NCBI RefSeq assembly: GCF_964204865.1
Contig: NC_135264.1
Coordinates: 13,268,001-13,332,000, forward strand
Direction of reading: 5' to 3'
Length of the DNA stretch: 64,000 bases
From: Styela clava
Lineage: Eukaryota
Shown here one piece after another: positions 25,925 to 40,253 of this stretch. Within the stretch, counting starts at the first letter, position 1, and every line of letters begins with the position of its first letter. The notes under the pieces were generated by a model. That model was not told the origin of the DNA, did not search any database, and worked only from the letters and a program-made list of their open reading frames with translations. The position numbers were made by a program, and so were the translations under genes.

Positions 25925-28698
25925 TTTCCCATCTCGCATATTAATTATATGCAAGCCTGGATTTTGTCAAAGCGAAGTGGCGTAAAAGAAGATTCTTAAT
26001 CAAAACTGTGCTTGCCATCAAATAATATGTCTAGACATCAAAAATCCGTCATTTTCATTTCAAAATTTATGAAAATGGTACTTAAAGAAATGGTAAAATC
26101 TTTGTAAATTGGACGCACTCTACGAAATAAACGGTATTCATCTTGATACAATCTCTGTGGGCTGGATATAATTTTAATCCTTTTTTCCGGGTTTGGCTAA
26201 CCTCAGACATAATTACGGTTTTTTCCAGACGGCAATGATAACTTCATTTTAGCGAAGTTTATTTTACCTGCGGATTATTCAGTATAATTGAATCGACCCC
26301 AATTGTTATATCTTTTGACGTTTGATTCTTGCTTTCCATAGAGTAACCAATTTCACAAATTATTGGATTTTAACGTTAGATATATTTTGCTGTATATTTT
26401 TATTACTGTGGAATTTATTTTTTTTTTGTCAAAACTGATAATTGCCATCACAACTAATTCCAATACAATGTGACAATTGTCCCAAACATACTACGTCATC
26501 AGCCAAGGCAGTGTTCCAAGCAAGATTCACCAAACTATCTTAAAACTAATATGGATGTATGATAGATACTCTGTCGTGTGAATGAAAGAATTATGAGTTT
26601 CGCATAGTGGATTGAAAAAATGCAATAACCCATTGGAAAGCACAAGAAATTGTAATTGTACTTGGCTCCTTACATATTTTTCTCCTATGCCCGAAAAAGA
26701 TTCTACATTGCTCCATTTATATTGAGATTGAAATATAAGTCAACCATCTTTTTGCCATACTCGCATCACATCACTTTACACAATTCAATTCTCTTGAAGT
26801 TCACAGAAATTTTTAATATGAGTAAAAGTAATAGCCCTCTGACAAAAAAAAAATCAATCTTCAACCACTGAAAATTTGAAAGCATTTGGTCCATTATTCG
26901 GAGAGAAAAGAGATCATTTTATCATGACGAAGGAGAAGAATATCAACAAGAACAACAACAAAAATACCAAAACGATCGTTATGTCCATTGACGTGTCCAA
27001 AAAACGATTTTTTCATAACGATAAGAAGAAAATACCAACAAGAGCAACAACAACTTAATAACAAAACGATTCATATATAAATTTTCTGTCGAATAAATAT
27101 ATGCAACATCGTAGAATCTATAAACATGAAAGTGACGTCATAATCACATCACATTGAATACACATTTGATGGCTATTTCACAGATATATTCTGTGGCGAC
27201 AGTACACATGATTCAGAAAATTTATCATGCATGCAATCTCTGTAATAAAATGAAGGAGTATAATCAATATTTATTCAAGTCTGAGTCGTTACGCAATAAC
27301 TGTGCCAGCAAAGTTTATTTTGTTGTCGGTGAATACGCTGACACTGTGGTTAACTTCAACAATGTAAGACAGTAATATCGTTGTAAAGGCACGCTTGTTG
27401 TTTTGAGAAGCAGACAAGGATGATTGCAAGTCGTATTGTCAAGAGCAAGGCAGTGTGTAGCAGACTTCCATTTGAAGGTAAAGTGTGTTTTATTGTTTGA
27501 TAAAAATAAGCAGATTATGCCCATTATACAGCAGGCAAAAATGCGCTACCAGATGCAATCGAATTGAACGTGGTTTGGTAAAAAAGAAGGCGCAATTTCA
27601 GAAATATTTTTAATGGAAAATGACGAATCAAATTCCCAAATATCCAAAGCTGTTCAGACGCTTTTTATTCACCAGATTTTAGAATTACTTTCTTGTGATG
27701 TCGCATACGGATAGTTGCTATTATATACTTCAATACTATAACCACATATTGATAAGAGCGCATGTTGTTTGTCGGAAATAAACTTGTCTCGCAATGTCAT
27801 TTCCTATATGATAATTTCATGCAGCGTTTTATGCGGCGAAAAATTTGATGACGTATTTCCGTATGATACAGGGAATAAGAACACGCAGCAGGGACCCATC
27901 TTCTCCATTGAGGCAATGTTCGTGTTGTACCTAAGCATAGTTTATTACTATAATGAGTGTTTTATACATGCACAAAATAGTCTGTCTGCGACGTGCTTGT
28001 GTGCATTTCCCCGGAAGAAAATGGTTGAAGCATCCTCCAAATGTTTTCTTATATATCATTATCTGTGTTACAAATATGCTTAAGCGTCACGGATAGAAAC
28101 CATTGGAGGCTTGTACAATGCGACAGAGCTTGTGTAAATGATAGAAAACATCGTGGTCATATTAGTTTAGTTGAATAAAATTTCAGAATCGCTTTCTGGA
28201 GAATTTGTTGGTAACCGTTCAGCGTTGTAGTTATTGTTTGTTGATTTGGAAGTTTTAAAATTTCGAATACCGATATTGAGAAATTTAAAGTAAAATATTT
28301 GCAAATTAGTACAGGCATTTAAAACATCTGTTCCCACCGAGGGCCCGTGGTCTTCAAGCGGGTCACAGAAAAACCGGAGGGGCCATAATGCTAGGCGCAA
28401 AACTGATTTTACCTTTCTTTTTACAAAACAAACTTTCCGTTCATCTTAGTTTCATTGCTTGATAAGTTTATTTCACAGGGTGTTTTTCACTTTGTTGCGC
28501 ATGAATTGTTTGCACATAATGAACTTGGAATCTACCAAGTTAAATAACACTATAAATACCACTGGTATGATAAACCGAGGGGCTATAAATGCAAAAAAAG
28601 CTTTCAGAAGGGGGTCACGAGCCATAAAAGTTTGAGAACCACTCATTTAAAGCAATGTACAAAACAAGGAAATAAAACTTATTGAATTATTGAACTTG

Positions 28699-31600
28699 AT
28701 GAAACGGGCACTGTCTATTATTTACTTACGAATTTATTCAGTTTTCCAGCAAAGATGTTTGTCTTCTGTCATCTTGGATTCGTCTTCCCTAAAGAGCAGA
28801 TACGATGCCATTGTTATCGGAGCCGGACACAACGGTCTAATATCGGTAAAATAAATTAGTAATATAACTCTGTATTTTATTGATGAAAACGGTAGAAACG
28901 AATGTCATGAAATAATCTCAACAGTATAGCTGTGTACCGAAATCCAGATATTGTGACTCCCAAGGCCAAGATGCCGCACAACCTGAGCATAGTATGTGTA
29001 CCAGGTTAGGGTTCAGGTTATGCGATATCTTGGTGCACATACTTCAGGAGCACCGCCATTACAGCCTTCATGCCTTGGTTTGTGGAAGCACAGTTCTAAC
29101 CACAATGGTTTTCAATTTACTGCCGTGGTACCCCGCCTCACGCCATTGGTTTGTGGCAGCTAAAATAAAATGTCACCCGCCATGGTTTGACCATAGCGGC
29201 CATGATTTGGAAATCCCGCTGTGGTTTTGCTGCAGCATCAGACGCTAATTTCTCATGTTGTTCTTAGAATACGAATCTACCTTTTCTTATTACAGGCAAC
29301 ATACTTAGCAATGAAAGGTCTTAAAGTAGGTGTTTTTGAAAGAAGACATGTAGTAGGAGGGGCAGCGGTCACCGAAGAAATAGTTCCTGGCTACAAATTT
29401 TCAAGAGCTTCGTATGTATTAAGCTTACTACGACCTCGAATAATAAAAGAATTGAATTTAGAAGTAGGTAAAGCAGTTACTTATATTTTGCTACTCCTGT
29501 TTTCTAATGTCTCACTTTCAAACATTTATTTTATAAATTACGAACTTTATTCATCAGAAACATGGACTAAAAGTTCATTTAAGACAAACGGTCGCCTTTA
29601 CTCCAATATTGGAGGATGGAGTAAACGGCAAACCACCGAGATCACTTTGCCTTTATCCAGATGAAAAAATGAATGAAGAAGAGTTGAAGAAATTTTCAAT
29701 GAAAGATGCAAAGGTGCTTGTCAATTTCTTCCCATTGTCATCCCCTTTTGTAAACTCATTTTACAAGTAACTTTTCAGTCTTTAGCTGCCTATGACAAAT
29801 ATATACTGGACATCGCATCAGCAGTGTCGCCTCTCCTAGAAACGCCTCCTCCAAACTTGAAGGAAGGATTTTGGAAAGCACTGAAAACGTCTAAACCTCT
29901 TCTGGATACAGGTATTTTTTACTAAACCTGATTGTACGGAATATTGTTCGCCGACGCCGACAGTGAATTTCCCATCACTCACGCAGATTTTGTATCGATG
30001 TTTTTTTTTTACAAAGAGCCGTATTTAATGAAAATGAGTGTAATGCGGTATCAGATACCTAAATTAGACGTCTTTTTCAATTCAAATGGTTGGCAATAAT
30101 TTGTTTACAACCGTGCTGTTACATTTATGTTGCATCATATCATTAAGAATTGTTAACAAACTGCGGTACTCCCGTAGTTTGTGTACCAGGTTAGGGTTGG
30201 GCCATAATTTTATTCCGATTTTATTTTTATTTTAGTTCTATTACGAGTTCGGAGACTGTCTGTGTTAGTCAAGTGAATATACTCCCTGTTCATAGTAATC
30301 CGTCTCTTTACACAATTTGATGTAAAGTAAGCGAACAAAATTAGTTTCCTCCATATTGGTACACACACTTATGGAGCGCCATAATTTGTGTACCATCTTG
30401 CTGTTACATTTTTGGTACATCATAAAAAGAAAAATTGTTATAAAACTGCAGCACTATACCACTATTAAATAACCCAATTTTTTGCTTTTTTAGTAAGAAA
30501 ACTTGACGATGTTTCCTCATTTTATGATTTTATTACATCTCCCATTACAAAGGTAAAGTTTGAAATTTTACATCATCATGGTGCAACTTATTCTTTGACA
30601 AAAAGTATTGTGATTGAATACTATATACCTACCGATCTTTTTTGTAGACTCTCGATAGATGGTTTGAGACTGATGTACTGAAAGCAACCCTGGCTACTGA
30701 CGGCGTAATTGGGGCCATGGTAAGTCCCCATACACCAGGAAGCAGGTGGGACATTCATTCTACGAAATTAAAACCACAATTACGTTATATTCAAATTCAC
30801 AATAAAAACGCGATTGGTCATTTCTAGGTTGATATATCGGGCTCATATTTCAGGCCTATTTTCCAATAGAGGATAGCAAACTCGAGGAATTCATATACTG
30901 TATTAATAGGTTATTATTCTTTTACTTTGCTTGCGCAGAGTGGCGCATCCAGGGTATGTCATTCAGGACGCCGAATTGAATTGGGCGCAAAATAGGTAAA
31001 AAGTTTTAATTGTAAAATGTTTCAATAAAATAATTTCAAATTAAAAATAATTAAAACTTGTATTTTTTCTTGAATAATAACGTAGAATATCTCAATTCAA
31101 CAATTGGTTGAAAATTGGGCGCATTTTCAAACTTTGCCATGGGCGCCCTTTTTCGTAGATACGCCACTGCTTGCGGCCATTCACCAAACTGATGGGAATA
31201 CATTTATAACAAAATTTATTCGTAAATCTTTTACCAGTTATGTTCTACTTCATCATATGATTGGGGAAGCGGAAGGAATAAAAGGAGCATGGGGGTTTGT
31301 TGAAGGGGGCATGGGGGCTGTTTCAAACGCAATCGCAGCTTCGGCAAAAGAACACGGAGTGGATATATTTGTCGATCATGTAAGTGTCATTAAGGCTTGA
31401 TTATCAAAACAACTTCGAAAATTTCTTGAGATAATCAACTCTAGATTCGGTTAGGCTATAACTTCAGGTACAAATATTACGGGAGTCACTTGGCTAGTCT
31501 CCGAACTCGTAGTAAACTAAAATAAGGGAAAATTGGAATAAACTTATGGCCTAACCCTAACCTGGTACACATCCGGTGTCCGCCATCTTGGTTCACATAC

Positions 31601-34600
31601 TTCGGGAGTATCCAAACTTTTAATATTTACCCTATTCAGGAAGTTCAAAAAATTGACATCATCGGCGGAAATTGTGGCGGAATCACTTTATCTAATGGAA
31701 ATAACGTGAAGAGCAACATTGTTCTATCCAACGCCACCCCTCATGTCACCTTTCAAAAATTACTAGCAGAAGATTTTGATGTTTTACCAGAAAAATACAG
31801 GAAACAAATAACAAGTTTTGACTATACTTCTCCGGTGACAAAATTAAATAGTGAGATATGGGTTATTCGTATTGGTCTTTCTCATTGAAATAAATAAAAG
31901 TATTAGTTTTCTGGTGACAAATACAATTTTCAACCACTGAAAACTTCAAAGCAAGTGGTCCAGTTATTAAAGAAAAGCGATTATTTTATAACAGCAAGAA
32001 AAAGAGTCCATGCTTCTGAAAACTAATACCTGTCTTACTATTCCCATAACCGACATGGACTGGTATCCGAAAGAAAGGCCATCATAGTAGTATCAGTAAG
32101 CCGTCTCGGCTCTATCGGCTCTCATCCGGGATAACTATGTAAATCCTATTCTAAGAACATTCTATAACAACAACAACAACATAGTACAGATCTATAAGTC
32201 AACTTCGTGTCCAAAAAGCGCTCTTACTTTTTAACAGTCGCTGTGGACCGAATTCCAAAATTTTTAGCTCTACAAAGCAGCAAGCCAACTGAGGTGCCAA
32301 ATCAGTTAAAAGGAACGATACATTTAAACTGCGAAGACATTGGATGCATTAACGATGCTTATTTGGATGCCATGCAGGGCAGGTTTTCTAGGAGGTTAGA
32401 TTCGAACATTAGTTTTAATTAATAGAATTCAAGTAAATTTCAAAGAAAAAAAGGTTGCATCCCCTTTTATTCCAGATATTCCGGACAACATGCCTAACAG
32501 GTAATGCTGGGCATTTTGAATCGAATAGCAAATTTGAATAGGTTTAGACAAAATTTCGAATCGTTGCAATCTTTTTTTTTGTCCGCCAAAGATTGAATTG
32601 AATTCCTAATTTATTTTTATTGAAGCCCTATTTTAACAATGTAATTCTGACATATGACTCTTCCGTCCTAGTGGGTTATTGATGAAACACATTTTTCTCA
32701 TTGTGTGTGAACGGATTCTATGCCCTAGGTAATTTATGTGTGTGGAGGAACCCATTACAATAAAATAGTCACATTCAATTACATATCTTATCAGTATTCG
32801 AGATTCGAAAAATTTCGATTATTTCAAAATTATTCGATTTGAAAAAAAAATATTTGATTCAGTTCTGAAATCATCAGGTATTCGAAAATGCTTAGCCCTA
32901 CAAACAGGAAGGGTACTAGTTCTGCACTTGTGTCGTACACATATGTATTTATTTACTAATCCCACATTCAGGCCTATGATTGAACTATGTATACCATCAA
33001 CTGTGGACACCACACTTGCACCGAAAGGCCATCACGTTCTATCTGTATTTACTCAATATACACCTTATTACTTGAATGGAACACAAGAATGGACGGACTC
33101 TGATCGCGACGATTATCGTAAAATAGGTAATAGATAAAGTTTCTCTATTCCTCTAACGAATCTGCGGTACTACCGTAGTGTGTGTACCAGGTTTGGATAT
33201 TCCAATTTTCCTTGTTTTAGTTCTATTACGAGTTTGGGGACTGTCTGTGTTATCCAAGTGAATATACCCCCTGCCCACAGGCTTCAGTCACTTCACACAA
33301 CTTGATGTAGAATAGGCGAACAAAATTAGTTACCTCCATATTGGTGCACACACTTTTGAAGCGCCGAATCTGCAACGGAGCGTCCTGCTGCACACTAACA
33401 CAAATATTTTCTGTACCAAACCAAAGTCTGACTTCCTTCGACATAGATTATTATTCAACTACAACATGTAGAGAAATTACATGCACATTTAAACAATAGG
33501 TGTCATAGCAACATAACAATGTCATACCAATGGGAGTTAAGCAATTTGACGAATCACTAGAGTCGGTGATTGTATAATTAATTAACAGCGGGACACTGCG
33601 ATGATGTATTTGATAGATTGTACAGATCTAACCTATTGCAGTATTTCAAACTTACATACTTTCCATTTATTTTTAAAAGTTTCCACACAAAATGTTGACT
33701 TGCTTGTTTTTAACTATCTGTTTGTCAGTGTTCAAAAGTATTGAAGATTATGCACCTGGCTTCATTGATAGTGTTGTTGGTTACGAGGTTCTGACGCCGA
33801 TGGATTTAGAAAATACATTTGGATTAACAGGAGGGGTAAGCAATAATTTGGTTATTTGGAAGTTTTGGCCTGACGGACATTTGGTTGGCTTGGTTAACTG
33901 AATAAGTTAAGTGGGCAAAAGCTGCAAAAAACACGCTAAAACGTGCAAAAATTGTGTTTTTTTGGTTTTAGACGGCTTTTGCACGTTTTGGACACGTTAA
34001 ATGGGTATAAACCGTCCAAAACACGCTAAAACGTACAAAAAAAAGCGTATTTTTGGTGGTTTTAGACGGCTTTTGCACGTTTTAGACACGCTCATACGTG
34101 TATAAACCGTCCAAAACACGCTAAAACGTGCAAAAGGCGTGTTTTGGTAGTTTTAGACTATTTAAAACACACTAAAAAGAAATTTCAATGAAACATAGCA
34201 CTGTTTGATTACATATCTAGAATATTTTCCACGGTGCAATTGGTTTGGATCAGCTTTTTCTATCTCGACCAACCTCGTTCATGGCATCTCAGAGAACGCC
34301 CTTACAAGGATTATACATATGTGGAAGTGGAACACATCCCGGTATGTTTTTACATTTGTCTTACACTCTTAAAAGTTGAATATAACTTTATACTTTTCTA
34401 ACGTACATCTTTCAGTGCTATGTATTTTCAATAATGTTATCATGCGTATACTTTAAAAGTCTCTAGTTTTTCTCAAATACTAAAAAAATATTCAATGTAA
34501 TATATCTACGACTGTAAAATTAGAAAATTGTTTAAACTGATATTTTTAATCAATTTATATAAATTCTCGTACCAACAAAACAAAATCCTAAAAATCAGTT

Positions 34601-34708
34601 TTCTTGTTATTTATAGGCGGAGGAGTCATGGGCGCATGTGGAAGACTGGGAGCAATGGCTGTTTTATCTGATCTCAAATCGAAAAAAATATCCAAGAATT
34701 CATCGTAA
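28699..34708 (+). CDS. PYROXD2: Pyridine nucleotide-disulfide oxidoreductase domain-containing protein 2 (phytoene-desaturase-like flavoprotein), multi-exon
   Basis: [13 protein letters not shown] dinucleotide-binding motif, [51 protein letters not shown]...[49 protein letters not shown], all on GT-AG exons. Confidence 0.93.
30165..30380. mobile_element. GGTAC...GCGCC MITE copy
   Basis: Same family as 6144-6346. Confidence 0.8.
30938..31169. mobile_element. hAT-type MITE with AGTGGCG termini
   Basis: AGTGGCGCATCC ... GATACGCCACTG inverted ends; partial flank duplication CTTGCG. Confidence 0.6.
33166..33365. mobile_element. GGTAC...GCGCC MITE with perfect 8-bp TSD (duplicated copy at 37531-37730)
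   Basis: TSD GAATCTGC on both flanks. Confidence 0.88.
33925..34175. repeat. ~95-bp-unit minisatellite, ~2.5 copies (duplicated at ~38295-38535)
   Basis: Repeating AAACACGCTAAAACGT(G/A)CAAAA...GGTTTTAGACGGCTTTTGCACG...GTATAAACCGTCC. Confidence 0.8.
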
Positions 34709-34997
34709 AACGATTGACTTGAAAAATTCAGCTTTTCAATTCTAGTAGCATTTCAGGCAAATCGTACAGTTGAAATTGATATATTGATATTTACAACCAA
34801 CTAAACATAAGATCTATTTTTTCGCAAAACGTCTCATCTGTAATTGTGATATCCTTCACAGCTGCACTTTTCCCCTATGTTTGGGTCTAATAATTTAAAG
34901 TTTTTTGATAACAAATAAGACGGAGAATGCTTCACTTAGAAATATATTGTGATGAAAAAATAAAATTGGAAAAATTCAAACACGAAAGATCATTCTT

Positions 34998-35836
34998 TTA
35001 TATTGCGGTTTGTGGTGTTTCTAGTAAGAATTTACTGAACTTGTCGTAGTTAAGAATTCCATTTGTTTCCTCCTGTCCTTGCATCATTGCTGATACTTGA
35101 GCAGATGTCAACTTTTCTCCTGAAAGAGAAATCATATAACAAGATAAGATTTGTTCTTCCAAACGATTCTAAATTAATTCCAAATGATGAACCGATAAGA
35201 CGATATAAGTTGTTTCATGGGGCTGTCAGGTATGGCATGAGAATAGCTTAGAAAAGTCAAAATGTTTCACTAAACACGAAATTAATTATTGCATTATCAA
35301 AAGTATTGGATTAAGGATTTAATATTAAAGGTTTATTTTAGTAGCCGCTTTTAACTCTGGGGAATTTTGAGTTTGTAGTATTCAGTGAAATTGTAGAAAT
35401 GGTGTTTTAATATAATCAAAACATGTTGTTACAATAATATTTCATGCGTTTGTTTGTTTAAAGAAAAAAATCAATTGAAAAAATTACCCAGAGTTGTCAG
35501 AACGTGTCTGATTTCAGCACCCATGACAGTGCCGTTGCCGTCTTTGTCAAAAACTCTCAATCCTTCCATGAAATCTTCATAAGTTCCTTTGACAGATTCT
35601 TGAATAATTTTAGTGTAGATAGGCAAAAATTCTTCAAGTCCTATTTTCTTTGCCAAGTCGTCTTTACACGGATTTCCCAGCATTTTATCAACATCTTCGT
35701 TCGTTGGACATTCTCCCAAAGCTCTCACGATGTCACCGACTTGATTGAGAGCGATCTTGTTGTCGCCGTCTTTATCGAAAAGCTCAATGGCTTCCTTGAT
35801 GTCTTCCATTTGTTGTTCGTTGAATTCGATTGCCAT
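34998..35836 (-). CDS. Alkali (essential) myosin light chain, copy 1, 156 aa. Exons 35836-35488, 35119-34998
   Basis: [61 protein letters not shown] (MYL1/3/6-type). Confidence 0.95.
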
Positions 35837-37330
35837 TGTTTAGTTGTGATGGTTACTTCTTGCTAGGATATCCAAAGTTAGAATGATAATTTCAGGAAGC
35901 CCTGAGCGGTATTTATACCTAATCGTACACCATTCATTAACACCCCAACCAACACCAATTTGTGCTAAACAGTGTTAAATAGTACTTCCACCGCGAACTT
36001 CCATTCACCCCAAAAGGGGAAAATCATTTAAGACCATGACCGTTGTTTTATAATAAAGTATATTGACTTAAAAGAATTCGTCAACATGCTCGGTAAATAT
36101 TTACGAATAAAATGAAGAAGTGCGATATCTCAGAAATTTAGACAAAATAGAGTTAAATCAACAATAGTGTCTCCAGCTTGTTAATGCCTGCAGACAATTG
36201 ATCAAATATTTATTCATTCGCCGTATTCGGGTATTATTTAAATTGAAAGTTAAAGATGTTTAAGTAATAGCAGATTGATCACGATTCTCTTCATAACTTC
36301 TCACAGGGGAGAGTAATTTTTATAATACTCCATGAATCTTTAATAAAGATTAGATCCGTAGAACTTCGTAACGCTTGCCCGTTTGTTTGTTTCATTGTGT
36401 GTATTTTTTTCAGTAAAATCAATGACCACGTCGTAACGCTGACCTCCACAGAATTTCCCTCGCTTTTTAGAGGGGGGGGGGGGGGGGGGGGGGAGGGGGG
36501 CACATGTGAATTTGCGTCAAATATTTCATCAAATATTTATCTTTTATCACAAACATCCTACGCGAAAAAACACACATACATGTTCGAATAGAGATAGTTC
36601 GTCGTTTAACATGGGTTGCAATGTACATTCTTTACAGACAATAGGTAATACTCATTTCAACTTCAACAAAAAGGAATTGTCAATCTGATATTAAATTTTT
36701 TTTTATATGATTCAAGTAAACGGATTTATGTTTCAACCTGCAATGCTAAGTAAATTCCTAAAATGCGTTTTAGTAGCATTAAAACTAGTTTTAAATATTG
36801 AATTACTTATCTCGACCATTCAAGCTATGAAAGTCCGCGTAATTCATTTCAAACCTAACTTGAAAATGGATGAAAACCTGGCAATAATAAGTACTCACTC
36901 ATCTCCTAATATATATCAACCGTTTTGAAATATTGTTGAAACCCTTGTTAAAATTCACAAAATTAATGGAACTTTATGACGAGGTTCATAGAGATTATGT
37001 CTTTTATTGAAAAGCTTCGGACAGCATTCACAAAAGTCGAAATACTCGATAAAAATATCACCATCCTCCATCATATCCAAAACCAGCGAATATTTTCAAG
37101 TCATTATTTCCCTATTGCACTTTATTAAAGGGCAAAGGTCGTACATAGTCTTAGGCTATTTATCACCTTTTAGGATAAAGAAAAGTTCAGGTTCAATAAA
37201 GAAAAGTTCAGAAAGATTCAGTTCTGAAATCATCAGGTATTCGAAAATGCTTAGCCCTACAAACAGGAAGGGTACTAGTTCTGCACTTGTGTCGTACACA
37301 TATGTATTTATTTACTAATCCCACATTCAG

Positions 37331-39101
37331 GCCTATGATTGAACTATGTATACCATCAACTGTGGACACCACACTTGCACCGAAAGGCCATCACGTTCTA
37401 TCTGTATTTACTCAATATACACCTTATTACTTGAATGGAACACAAGAATGGACAGACTCTGATCGCGACAATTATCGTAAAATAGGTGACCGTGATAGAT
37501 AAAGTTTCACTTTTCCTCTAACGAATCTGCGGTACTACCGTAGTGTGTGTACCAGGTTTGGATATTCCAATTTTCCTTGTTTTAGTTCTATTACGAGTTT
37601 GGGGACTGTCTGTGTTATCCAAGTGAATATACCCCCTGCCCACAGGCTTCAGTCACTTCACACAACTTGATGTAGAATAGGCGAACAAAATTAGTTACCT
37701 CCATATTGGTGCACACACTTTTGAAGCGCCGAATCTGCAACGGAGCGTCCTGCTGCACACTAACACAAATATTTTCTGTACCAAACCAAAGTCTGACTTC
37801 CTTCGACATATATTATTATTCAACTACAACAAGTAGAGAAATTACATGCACATTTAAACAATGGGTGTCATAGCAACATAACAATGTCATACCAATGGGA
37901 GTTAAGCAATTTGACGAATCACTAGAGTCGGTGATTGTATAATCAATTAACAGCGGGACACTGCGATGATGTATTTGATAGATTGTACAGATCTAACCTA
38001 TTGCAGTATTTTAAACTTACATACTTTCCATTTATTTTTAAAAGTGTCCATACAAAATGTTGACTTGTTTTCTTTTAACACTAACTATCTGTTTGTCAGT
38101 GTTCAAAAGTATTGAAGATTATGCACCTGGTTTCATTGATAGCGTTGTTGGTTACGAAGTTCTGACGCCGATGGATTTAGAAAATACTTTTGGATTAACA
38201 GGAGGGGTAAGCAATAATTAAGTTATTTGGAAGTTTTGAGCTGACGGACATTTGGTTGGTTAATTGAATATGTTGAGTGGGCAAAAACTGCAAAAAAACA
38301 CGCTAAAACGTGCAAAAAGTGTGTTTTTGTGGTTTTAGACGGCTTTTGCACGTTTTGGACACGCTAAAATGGGTATAAACCGTCCAAAACACGCTAAAAC
38401 GTACAAAAAAGCGTATTTTTGGTGGTTTTAGACGGCTTTTGCACGTATTAGACACGCTAGTACGTGTATAAACCGTCCAAAACACGCTAAAACGTGCAAA
38501 AGGCGTGTTTTGATAGTTTTAGACTCTTAAAACACAATGAATAGAAATTTCAATGAAACATAGCACTGTTTGAATACATATTTAGAATATTTTCCACGGT
38601 GCAATTGGTTTGGATCAGCTTTTTCTATCTCGACCAACCTCGTTCATGGCATCGCAGAGAACGCCCTTACAAGGATTATACATATGTGGAAGTGGAACAC
38701 ATCCCGGTATGTTTTTACATTTGTCTTACACTCTTAAAAGTTTAATCTAACTTTATACTTTAACGTACGTACATCTTTCAGTGCTACATCTTAACGTACA
38801 TCTTTCAGTGCTATGTATTTTCAATAATGTTATTATGCGTATACTTGAAAAGTCTCTAGTTTTTCTCAAATACTTAAAAACTATTCAATGTAATATATCT
38901 ACGACTGTAAAATTAGAAAACTCTTTAATCTGGTATTTTTTACCAATTTATATAAATTCTTGTACCAACAAAACAAAATCCTAAAAATCAGTTTTCTTGT
39001 TATTTATAGGCGGAGGAGTCATGGGCGCATGTGGAAGACTGGGAGCAATGGCGGTTTTATCTGATCTCAAATCGAAAAAAATATCAAAGAATTTATCGTA
39101 A
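37331..39101 (+). other. Duplicated last four PYROXD2 exons (promoterless, reading frames and splice sites intact)
   Basis: Copy of 32971-34708; ends in KKISKNLS* versus KKISKNSS*. Confidence 0.85.
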
Positions 39102-39408
39102 AATAACTGAACTGGGAAATTCAGCTTTTCGATTCTAGTAGCATTTCAGGCGATCAGTATAGCAAAAATTGATTATATGGTGAACACACTGAATATATTT
39201 ACACCCAACTAAATCTAAGATCTATCTTTGCGCAAAACGTTTCATATGTAATTGTGATTTCCTTCACAGCTGCACTTTTCCCTTATGTTTGAGTCTAATA
39301 ATTTAAAGTTTTTTGATAACACAAAAGACGGAGAATGCTTCACTTAGAAATATATTGTGATGGAAAGATAAAATCATTGGAAAAATTCAAACACGGAAGA
39401 TCATTCTT

Positions 39409-40253
39409 TTATATGGCGGTTTGTGGTGTCTCCAGTAAGAATTTACTGAATTTGTCGTAGTTAAGAATTCCATTTGTTTCCTCCTGTCCTTGCATCATTG
39501 CTGACACTTGAGCAGATGTCAACTTTTCTCCTGAAAGAGAAATCATATTACAAGATAAGATTTGTTCTTCCAAACGATTCTAAATTAATTCCAAATGATG
39601 AACCGATAAGACGACATAATGAGATGTTTCATCGGGTTGTCAGGTATGGTATGAGAATAGCTTAGAAAAGTCAAAATGTTTCACTAAATACGAAATTAAT
39701 TATTGCATTATCAAAAGTATTGGAATAAGGATTTAATATTAAAGGTTTATTTTAGTAGCCGCTTTCAACTGTGGTGAATTTTGAGTTTGTATAGTTTTCA
39801 GTGAAATAGTAGAAATGGTGTTTTAATATAATCAAAACATGTTGTTATAATAAAATTTCATGCGTTTGTTTGTTTAAAGAAATAAATCAATTAAAACAAA
39901 TTACCCAGAGTTGTCAGAACGTGTCTGATTTCAGCTCCCATGACAGTGCCGTTGCCGTCTTTGTCAAAAACTCTCAATCCTTCCATGAAATCTTCATAAG
40001 TTCCTTTGACAGATTCTTGAATAATTTTAGTGTAGATAGGCAAAAATTCTTCAAGTCCTATTTTCTTTGCCAAGTCGTCTTTACACGGATTTCCCAGCAT
40101 TTTATCGACATCTTCGTTCGTTGGACATTCTCCCAAAGCTCTCACGATGTCACCGACTTGATTGAGAGCGATCTTGTTGTCGCCGTCTTTATCGAAAAGC
40201 TCAATGGCTTCCTTGATGTCTTCCATTTGTTGTTCGTTGAATTCGATTGCCAT
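39409..40253 (-). CDS. Alkali myosin light chain, copy 2. Exons 40253-39905, 39530-39409
   Basis: Protein reads identical to copy 1; only synonymous changes seen. Confidence 0.95.

Noticed and set aside
36291-36591. Poly-Pro / poly-Gly ORFs
   Set aside because: Translation of a poly-G tract whose length differs between the duplicated units; non-coding.
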